Assembly: GCA_041489155.1 (NCBI GenBank)
Contig: JBGPQP010000007.1
Span: 1-62,550 of the forward strand
Direction of reading: 5' to 3'
Source: Candidatus Aenigmatarchaeota archaeon
Lineage (GTDB): Archaea > Aenigmatarchaeota > Aenigmatarchaeia > QMZP01 > QMZT01
DNA length: 62,550 bases
Shown here: piece by piece, positions 21,653 through 29,182 of the stretch
Position numbering within the stretch: position 1 is the stretch's first letter
How the letters are laid out: every line of letters begins with the position of its first letter
Position numbers and translations under genes: made by a program
The notes under the pieces: model-generated
Databases searched by the model: none
The model's input: the letters and a program-made list of their open reading frames with translations, nothing else
Told to the model about the DNA's origin: nothing

Positions 21653-23512
21653 ATGACGTTCAACCCGGACCTTCTTGAGAAAGAGGGCAAGAAGGTCGTC
21701 TTGCTGGGGAACGAGGCGATTGCGAGAGGCGCGATGGAAGCGGGCATGGGCCTGTGCGCGTGCTATCCTGGAACGCCGAGCTCCGAGGTAGGGATTGCGC
21801 TTTCTCCGCTTGCAAAACAGGTGGGCTTCTATTTTGAGTGGAGCACGAACGAGAAAGTTGCGGTCGAGGTCTGCACCGGAGCCGCGTTTTCCGGCGTGCG
21901 CTCGCTTTCCGCGATGAAGCATTTCGGCCTCAACGTAGCGAGCGACTCGCTGCTGCCGATTGCCTACACTGGCGTACCGGGGGCGATGGTGATAATGGTC
22001 GCGGACGACCCGCTCGGCCACAGCTCCGCCCAGACCGAGCAGGACACCAGATTTTACGCGAGAATGGGCAAGATACCCATGATCGAGCCGGCGAACGCGC
22101 AGGAAGCGAAGGACTACACGAAGCTCGCTTTCGAGATATCCGCGAAGTACCAGCTGCCCGTCTTGCTGCGGACGACGACTATGGTTTCCCACTCCATCGG
22201 AACTGTCAAGCTGGGCAGCATGCCTGCGACGCTGAAGACGAAAGGGAAATTCGTGAAGGACCTGGAAAGGTTCAACTGCATCCCGCCTAGGCTGCAGACG
22301 CTGCATCATGCCCTCAACAAGAAGCTCGACCAGATCGAGACCGCATACGAATACCTCAACAAAGCCGAGGGCGCGGGCAGCACAGGCATACTTACGAGCG
22401 GGGTCTCGTACCAATATGCGAAGGAGCTGGGACTCAAAGGCGTCAGGATAGGCAAGATAGGAATGACGTATCCGATATCAAGGAAATTCGTCGAGGGCTT
22501 CATCCGCGGCCTGAAGAAGCTGATTGTTCTTGAGGAACTCGAGCCAGTGGTGGAGAGCTTTGCAAGGATGGCGGCGAAGGACGTGAACCCATCGCTCGAG
22601 ATCCACGGCAAGGACATCCTTTCCCGCGTGGGCGAATACAACCCCGAAATGATTCTGCAGGCCATAGCGCCGATACTGAAGATCAAGAACCCGGATTTCA
22701 CCATGCATGAAATGCATCTCAAGAAGATACAGCTGCCAGTGAGGAAGGCCGTGCTATGCCCGGGCTGTCCGCACAGGTCGACCTTCTACGCGGTGAAGAA
22801 GGTGATGGGCGAGCAGACCATATGGGGCGGCGACATCGGATGCTACGTCCTCGGGATACAGGAGCCTTTCAAGATGCAGGACTACATAATTTCCATGGGA
22901 TCGAGCATCGGGATCACGCACGGCATACAGATGGTGAGCGACCAGAAGGTCGCGCTGTTCATCGGCGACTCGACGTTCTTCCATGCAGGCCTATCAGGCC
23001 TCGTGAACACGAAGGCTCACGGCACGAAGCCTCTGGTAGTGATACTGGACAACGGCATCACGGCTATGACCGGCCACCAGCCGAACCCCGGAAGCGACTT
23101 CACCGGCATGGGTGACAAGAGGGAGCCGATGAAAATCGAAGATATCGTCAGGTCCTTCGGCATCAGCAACATGCGCGTCGTAAATGCTTTCAGTCAGAAA
23201 GAGCTGCAGGAGGCGGTAAAGGAACTGACATCTAAAGACGAAATCGGAGTCCTTATCTCCCGCGGGCTCTGCAGGCTTTACATGCGGCGTTTGCTGAGGC
23301 GGCAGGGCAGGGAATTCACGAAGTTCCAGATAGCTTCTGACAAGTGCAAGAAATGCCTCATGTGCGTCAAGCAGTTCGCGTGCCCTGCGATAATGCATGA
23401 GGGCGACAAGGTCTACATACGCGAAGACATATGCTGGGGCTGCGGCGTGTGCGCGCAGATATGCCCGGCTGGCGCGATAGTGCCGGCAAAAATGAAGGTG
23501 AAGAAAAAATGA
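21653..23512 (+). CDS. iorA: Indolepyruvate:ferredoxin oxidoreductase alpha subunit
   Basis: LGNEAIARG, YPGTPSSE, NEKVA, LCPGCPHR, GDSTFFH, C-terminal 2x[4Fe-4S] motifs. Confidence 0.93.
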   Translation: MTFNPDLLEKEGKKVVLLGNEAIARGAMEAGMGLCACYPGTPSSEVGIALSPLAKQVGFYFEWSTNEKVAVEVCTGAAFSGVRSLSAMKHFGLNVASDSLLPIAYTGVPGAMVIMVADDPLGHSSAQTEQDTRFYARMGKIPMIEPANAQEAKDYTKLAFEISAKYQLPVLLRTTTMVSHSIGTVKLGSMPATLKTKGKFVKDLERFNCIPPRLQTLHHALNKKLDQIETAYEYLNKAEGAGSTGILTSGVSYQYAKELGLKGVRIGKIGMTYPISRKFVEGFIRGLKKLIVLEELEPVVESFARMAAKDVNPSLEIHGKDILSRVGEYNPEMILQAIAPILKIKNPDFTMHEMHLKKIQLPVRKAVLCPGCPHRSTFYAVKKVMGEQTIWGGDIGCYVLGIQEPFKMQDYIISMGSSIGITHGIQMVSDQKVALFIGDSTFFHAGLSGLVNTKAHGTKPLVVILDNGITAMTGHQPNPGSDFTGMGDKREPMKIEDIVRSFGISNMRVVNAFSQKELQEAVKELTSKDEIGVLISRGLCRLYMRRLLRRQGREFTKFQIASDKCKKCLMCVKQFACPAIMHEGDKVYIREDICWGCGVCAQICPAGAIVPAKMKVKKK

Positions 23513-24096
23513 TGTGCAACATGCTTATTACCGGAGTGGGGGGAGAAGGCGTCCTAGTCACGTCGGTCATTGTTTCCAAGGCTGCGAACATCGAAGGCTA
23601 CGAAGTTCGCGGAACGCAATTGCACGGCCTTGCACAGAGGGGCGGGGCGATACCGGCGCACGTCAGGTTCGGGACGCGCGTATATTCGCAGCTCATCCCG
23701 AGGGGGCAGGCGGATCTGCTGCTGGCGCTCGAGCCGCTTGAGGCAGCGAGGTTCTGCTACTTCGCGAGCAAGGAGAGGACGAACATCATCGTTGACAACT
23801 ACCCGCTCAAGCCGGTGTATGCGAGCCTGTTCGACCAGCCATATCCGCCGGCGCAGAAGCTCACGGAAATGATTTCTCCTTTCGCCAAGAGCCTGTACTT
23901 CATAAACTCCTCTACCATATGCGAGGAGAAGCTGGGCGACCCGGTCTACGGGAACGTCATGCTACTCGGCTTCGCCATCGCGAAGGGTATGCTGCCGCTG
24001 AAGAAGGAATCGCTGGTGCAGGCCATAAAGGCGACCGTCAAAGAGCCGGAGAAGGACCTCCAGGCCCTGAGGATGGGCATGGAATACAGAGGCTGA
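23509..24096 (+). CDS. iorB: Indolepyruvate:ferredoxin oxidoreductase beta subunit
   Basis: TGVGGEG, HGLAQRGG, ALEPLEAAR; overlaps iorA stop. Confidence 0.92.
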   Translation: MMCNMLITGVGGEGVLVTSVIVSKAANIEGYEVRGTQLHGLAQRGGAIPAHVRFGTRVYSQLIPRGQADLLLALEPLEAARFCYFASKERTNIIVDNYPLKPVYASLFDQPYPPAQKLTEMISPFAKSLYFINSSTICEEKLGDPVYGNVMLLGFAIAKGMLPLKKESLVQAIKATVKEPEKDLQALRMGMEYRG

Positions 24097-24124
24097 ACCG
24101 ATTCTGTTTCTGAAAAAAAAGAAC

Positions 24125-26449
24125 CTATTCTCTAAGGTAGCCCCAATTGTGCAGGCGGTCGCTGTCCTCGAACCAGCGGTCGCCAACGTCCTTCCTGTAG
24201 AACATGTTGGGTATCAGGATGTTGTTTATCCTGTTGTACATCTGCGTCTGTGCCTGCTTCATCGTCGGACCGGTTCCGACGACGATAAGGACGACTCCGG
24301 CGTGGCCTGTGATGAGCCACTCGCCATTTACCAGCCTCACATCCTCTATGTGTATGCCTTCCATGTGCGGCTTCTTGAAGACGATGACGGCGTCCTTGGA
24401 ATTCGTGTTGAAGGTTTCCTCGTCGGTGAAAGGGAACGGAGGGACCACGACGCGGACACCGACCTGGAAACCGCTCTTCACCTTCAGTTTGTGGCCATTT
24501 CCCTTTGCGAGTTCGTAAAGGAACTCGCCTATCGGTGTTATCATGCCTTCCTGCTGGATGCTGATGGTCGGGTAGCCGAATCTCGAGGTGAACTCCAGCG
24601 GGTAGATGCCATAGCTGTTCACTATGCAGTTTATGTCTATGTAGCCGATGTAGCCTTCCTCGCGCAGCTTGGGTTCCATCTTCTTTAGCGTGGCGTTGAA
24701 TATCTTGTTGGGCATGGACCAGAACATCGAGGTGTTGCCGCACCAGAAGGGCTTGCCGTTCCTTCTGACATACATTATATGGTTCTTCACGGTGGCGCAG
24801 TACACCTTTCCGGAATAATTTATCATTTTAATATCCCTCTTGTCAAGCCACGAGTCGAGCTTCTTCACTCTTTCGAGGACTTCGTACTGAACGCCTGAGC
24901 AGTCAGCGAAATGGTCCTTTATCCATCGCTTCCCTTCGCGCTGCCTTTTCTTTATGATGCCGACTTTCCCGGTCTTCAGCAGGAGTTCCTGGATGCCGTC
25001 CGCCATTAGCTTCGAACAGGTGTAGAATATCCTGAAGCCTTTCATCTGAGTGGCGTCGCCGAGCGCAAACCATTTCAGGAAGATGTCTATCTGCCTCGGG
25101 CTCAGCTCCCTGATGAATGAAGGGACGTGCTTGTCATGCGCCTTGCCGAAAAGCCCGAGATAAGTCGAAAGCTGCTTGCCATAGGCGTAGAATTCGCCGT
25201 CTCCCCTGGTGAAAGTGAAGGGAAGCGTTTTGAGCATGGATGATATCATCTCGGTCTTCTCCGGGGTCTTCTGGGCGATGCTTACCTTGCCGTATGACGC
25301 AGAACCCTCAGCCAGCCATACGCCCATGAAAGCTAGCCAGTCGTCCATGGGAATTTCCAGTTCTCCCGTTTCCTGGAACAGAACCTGCCTTCCGGAGTAG
25401 TGGCCAACCGGGACGGAAGGAAGGGTGAAATATTGCTGCTCCTGCCCGGTCCATGTGCCGGTCCTCTTGATGACTGACTGACATTGCAGGTCGCGGGCCT
25501 TGACGAACCCGAATTTGTTCGCCCTGTTCCTCGCATCCCATTGCTTCGCGACGTACATGTTATGGTCCGGAGTGACCATGATGTCCAGCGTCTGGTTCTG
25601 TACCGAAACGAGCTCCCTGTGGTGATCGAAGGAAACCAAAACTTCCGGCCTGTGGAATTCGATTGCGTGGCTTGAGGGACTAAGGGTGCATATCTGGTCG
25701 TTATGATCCAGATCCCTGAAAAGCTTCCACCCGTTCTGCGTCAGGACTTCCGTCTGGTCGTCATAGCAACCCATCTCGCCGGTCGAGGGGCCGATGTTGC
25801 CCGGGAAGAGCTTCTTGTGCTCGAAGTTGACGTTTATCGGGTAGATGAACTCCTTGCCGTTGAAGAAAGCGCCGACCGCCACTTCGACTCCGCTGATTTT
25901 CTTCTGCAGCTGAAAGACCTTTATCCTTTCAGACCATGCCTTCTTGTAGTGCTCCAGGACCTGAATGACATCCTTGCCGTCGTCTTCTTCACCGACGAAA
26001 AGCAGCTGCTTTATGTTCTGGGCCTCGCCGCTCGGCTTGATGACGTATTTGCCGGGATGCTCCTGGACGAAGTTTATGGCGTCGTCGAACGAGGTGAAGT
26101 TCCAGCTGGGTATGGTCGTCACTCCCGCCTTTTTTAGTTCGTCCTGGCCGAAGCCCCTGTCATCCTCGAGCATGTCCGTGTAAGGCGTTCCGCCAACAAC
26201 CAGCTTGCCTTCCTGCCTGAGCTTCTGCGCAATCGTACCCTGACCGAGGACGTCATCGAATACGATGACATCCGCCCAGTCCGCATCCTTCCTCCAGTCG
26301 TCCGTCTTGGAAACGAAGCCGTCGCCTATGCTCCTTTCTGTCGGGCATTCAATAAAATATTTGGCCTCGTGGCCTTCCTTAATCACCTGCCACGCAATAT
26401 CGCTAATCAGCGCATCTAAGGAGACAAAAAGAAACTTTTTCTTTTCCAT
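24125..26449 (-). CDS. purD: Phosphoribosylamine-glycine ligase-like ATP-grasp enzyme interrupted by an intein
   Basis: LEDDRGFG, YVIKP, FEHKKLFPGNIGPSTGEMG|TS, LEFTSRFGYP. Confidence 0.82.
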   Translation of the reverse strand: MEKKKFLFVSLDALISDIAWQVIKEGHEAKYFIECPTERSIGDGFVSKTDDWRKDADWADVIVFDDVLGQGTIAQKLRQEGKLVVGGTPYTDMLEDDRGFGQDELKKAGVTTIPSWNFTSFDDAINFVQEHPGKYVIKPSGEAQNIKQLLFVGEEDDGKDVIQVLEHYKKAWSERIKVFQLQKKISGVEVAVGAFFNGKEFIYPINVNFEHKKLFPGNIGPSTGEMGCYDDQTEVLTQNGWKLFRDLDHNDQICTLSPSSHAIEFHRPEVLVSFDHHRELVSVQNQTLDIMVTPDHNMYVAKQWDARNRANKFGFVKARDLQCQSVIKRTGTWTGQEQQYFTLPSVPVGHYSGRQVLFQETGELEIPMDDWLAFMGVWLAEGSASYGKVSIAQKTPEKTEMISSMLKTLPFTFTRGDGEFYAYGKQLSTYLGLFGKAHDKHVPSFIRELSPRQIDIFLKWFALGDATQMKGFRIFYTCSKLMADGIQELLLKTGKVGIIKKRQREGKRWIKDHFADCSGVQYEVLERVKKLDSWLDKRDIKMINYSGKVYCATVKNHIMYVRRNGKPFWCGNTSMFWSMPNKIFNATLKKMEPKLREEGYIGYIDINCIVNSYGIYPLEFTSRFGYPTISIQQEGMITPIGEFLYELAKGNGHKLKVKSGFQVGVRVVVPPFPFTDEETFNTNSKDAVIVFKKPHMEGIHIEDVRLVNGEWLITGHAGVVLIVVGTGPTMKQAQTQMYNRINNILIPNMFYRKDVGDRWFEDSDRLHNWGYLRE
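24734..25768 (-). mobile_element. 345-aa intein with LAGLIDADG endonuclease domain in the PurD-like gene
   Basis: N-terminus CYDDQTEVLTQNGWK, block B VTPDHNM, EN motifs GVWLAEGS and WFALGDA, C-terminus YCATVKNH...WCGN followed by Thr+1. Confidence 0.92.
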
Positions 26450-26677
26450 GTTCTATCAGGCTGTACGCCAATTTTGACAAATTCTGACAAATTTGCTTAC
26501 ATTAATATTTATGTTCAAGCACATTTAAAAAACATGATGTTTTACATTCGTAAAATACTGCCGTCTGCCGGGGACGGCCGGGCAAAATCGTTGCCTGACG
26601 AACATGCCATGATATCTTTTATAAACTCCTGAGTAATATTTGAATATAATTTTCATCTGTTTTGTGGGGGTGTCTTG

Positions 26678-27865
26678 ATGAAAGGCCAGAAAAACCGGCT
26701 GCAATTCCTCAAGGACGAGCTTGAAGGCTTGAAGAAGGAGAATCTTTTCACCACCCTGCCCGTGCTAAGCACGCCGCAGGGAGCAAGGGTTGTAATAAAC
26801 GGCAAGAAAGTGCTCACGCTTTCTACGAATAATTATCTCGGTTTCGCCAACCATCCGAGGCTCGCCGCCGCTGCGAAGAAGGCGATGGACAGGTGGGGCT
26901 TCGGCTGCGGCGCCGTAAGGCAGATCGCAGGTACGATGGAAATACACAACGAGGCGGAGGAGATGCTTGCCAGGTACAAGCACACTGAGGCGTCGCTCAT
27001 TTTCGTAGCAGGCATCGCCGCCAACCGCGGCACGATACAGGTGCTCATGGGCGAGGGCGATGTCATCATAAGCGACGAACTCAACCACGGCAGCATCATC
27101 GACGGAGTTCGCCTTACGAAGTCGGAGAAGAAGATCTACCCGCATCTGGACATGGCCGGGCTGGAGAAGGCGCTGAAGGAGTCGCAATCCGCGAGAAGGC
27201 GCCTGGTCGTAACGGACGGCGTGTTCAGCATGGACGGCGACATCGCTCCGCTTGACCAGATAGCCGAACTCGCGGAAAAATATGACGCGATAACAATGGT
27301 CGACGACGCGCACGGGGATGGCGTCCTCGGAAAAGACGGGAGGGGCATAGTTGACCACTTTAATCTTCACGGACGGATCGATATTGACATGGGCACGCTT
27401 TCGAAGGCGTTCGGTTGCCTGGGAGGATATATCGCGGGCCGCCAGGAGCTGCGCGATTATCTGATCAACCGCGCCCGCTCTTTCATCTTCACAACCGCGC
27501 ACCCGCCCTGCGTGACCGCAGCGATAATGGAGGCGCTGAGAATCGTTCAGGACGAGCCGCAGCATCTCAAGCAGCTGTGGGACAACACGAAATTCTTCAA
27601 GGAAGGGTTGCGCGACTTGGGTTTCAATATCGGCCACAGCCAGACGCCGATCACGCCCGTGATAGTCGGCGAGAGCGCGAAGGCTCAGCAGCTGAGCAAG
27701 GCGCTGTTCGAGCACGGCGTATTCGTCAAGCCGATATTATACCCACTCGTATCGAAGGATTCCGCGCGCGTGAGGAACATCGTGACAGCGGAGCACACAA
27801 AAGACGATTTGGACTTCGCGCTCAAGACATACGAGAAGGTAGGGAAGGACCTGAAACTTATATAA
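26678..27865 (+). CDS. kbl: Glycine C-acetyltransferase (2-amino-3-ketobutyrate CoA ligase)
   Basis: NNYLGFANHP, SDELNHGSIIDG, DGVFSMDGD, VDDAHG, GTLSKA; neighbour of tdh. Confidence 0.88.
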   Translation: MKGQKNRLQFLKDELEGLKKENLFTTLPVLSTPQGARVVINGKKVLTLSTNNYLGFANHPRLAAAAKKAMDRWGFGCGAVRQIAGTMEIHNEAEEMLARYKHTEASLIFVAGIAANRGTIQVLMGEGDVIISDELNHGSIIDGVRLTKSEKKIYPHLDMAGLEKALKESQSARRRLVVTDGVFSMDGDIAPLDQIAELAEKYDAITMVDDAHGDGVLGKDGRGIVDHFNLHGRIDIDMGTLSKAFGCLGGYIAGRQELRDYLINRARSFIFTTAHPPCVTAAIMEALRIVQDEPQHLKQLWDNTKFFKEGLRDLGFNIGHSQTPITPVIVGESAKAQQLSKALFEHGVFVKPILYPLVSKDSARVRNIVTAEHTKDDLDFALKTYEKVGKDLKLI

Positions 27866-27935
27866 CTTCAACTTTCCTTATTTTATAGTCAAGCGACAGC
27901 TTGAACTATACAACGAGACTGTCTTTCGCTGGTAT

Positions 27936-28092
27936 GGGCCGGTAGTCTAGCGGTTAAACCCTTTTGCTGACGCAAAAGCGTTTACGGAAAAGTTCCGTAT
28001 ATGACGTCGCGCTTACAACGCGAAGGCCGCAGGTTCGATGGGCGCATGAAGCAGGTTTCACCTGCTTCCGTTCGAGATTCCTGCCCGGCCCA
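27936..28092 (+). tRNA. tRNA-Val(TAC) with two introns (D-loop 27956-28000, 45 nt; T-loop 59/60 28040-28078, 39 nt)
   Basis: Acceptor GGGCCGG/CCGGCCC, anticodon arm TCGCG-CTTACAA-CGCGA, T stem GCAGG/CCTGC; BHB helices GCGG/CCGT and TTCG/CGAG. Confidence 0.9.
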
Positions 28093-28133
28093 TTATTGCA
28101 CTTATTGCGAAGAAAAGAACGAGTGGTGAAGGG

Positions 28134-29096
28134 ATGACAAGGATTCTTGTAACAGGCGCGACGGGCCAGATAGGCACGAGCCTTGTGCCGGCCCTGAGGG
28201 AAAAATACGGCAACTCGAATGTTGTGGCTGCAGGCCACAGAAATATGCCGGAAGAAGCTTTCATAAAGGCCGGGCCTTTCGAGGTCCTTGAAGGCACCAA
28301 CAGGGAAACGCTCATCGACGTGATAGAGAAATATCGTATAGACACGGTTTATCACTTGGTATCACTGCTTTCTGCGACGGGAGAAAAGAATCCGGACCTG
28401 ACCTGGCAGGTCAACATGATCTCGCTGAAAAACGTGCTCGACCTAGCAAAAGAATACGAGATGTCGAGGGTTTTCTGGCCGAGCTCCATTGCAGCCTTCG
28501 GCCCGACGACTCCAAGGGACAGAACGCCCCAGGCGACCATACTGGAACCGAACACAATGTACGGGGTGACGAAAGTCGCGGGTGAACTGCTGTGCAACTA
28601 CTATTTCAAGAAGTACGCTGTCGATGTCAGGAGCCTGCGCTATCCAGGCATCATAAGCTACAAGGCCTTGCCCGGCGGCGGGACGACCGATTATGCGGTC
28701 GAAATATTCTACGAGGCGCTGAAAAACAAAAGATACAAATGCTACCTGCGCGAGGATTCGACGCTGCCCATGATGTACATGGACGACGCCATCAAAGCGA
28801 CGGTAAACATGATGGAAGCGCCGCCGGAGAAGATAAAGGTCCGCACGAGCTACAACCTGGCAGCGATAAGCTTCTCTCCCAAGGAAATCGCAGCCGAGAT
28901 AAAGAAGCACATCCCCTCGTTCGAATGCGCATACGAGCCGGACTTCCGCCAAGCCATCGCTGATTCCTGGCCCAAGGTAATAGACGACTCACAGGCAAGG
29001 AAAGATTGGGGCTGGAAGCACGAGTACGACCTGAAGCGCATGACAAAAGACATGCTTGAAAAACTGGGCGCGAAACTGGGCATACAGTACAAGTAG
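28134..29096 (+). CDS. tdh: L-threonine 3-dehydrogenase (SDR/epimerase type)
   Basis: TGATGQIG, LLSATGE, PSSIAAFG, YGVTK, GGGTTDY. Confidence 0.88.
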   Translation: MTRILVTGATGQIGTSLVPALREKYGNSNVVAAGHRNMPEEAFIKAGPFEVLEGTNRETLIDVIEKYRIDTVYHLVSLLSATGEKNPDLTWQVNMISLKNVLDLAKEYEMSRVFWPSSIAAFGPTTPRDRTPQATILEPNTMYGVTKVAGELLCNYYFKKYAVDVRSLRYPGIISYKALPGGGTTDYAVEIFYEALKNKRYKCYLREDSTLPMMYMDDAIKATVNMMEAPPEKIKVRTSYNLAAISFSPKEIAAEIKKHIPSFECAYEPDFRQAIADSWPKVIDDSQARKDWGWKHEYDLKRMTKDMLEKLGAKLGIQYK

Positions 29097-29182
29097 GCTC
29101 GTTTCGCTTCCCGCAGGGCACAAAAACCTTTTTTAAGTCTAAATATGATTTTTTTATTTACCGCACGGGTTTCGGGGTTGGT

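Noticed and set aside
27954..28355. 133-aa minus-strand ORF
   Set aside because: Antisense to tRNA-Val and tdh; no protein motif
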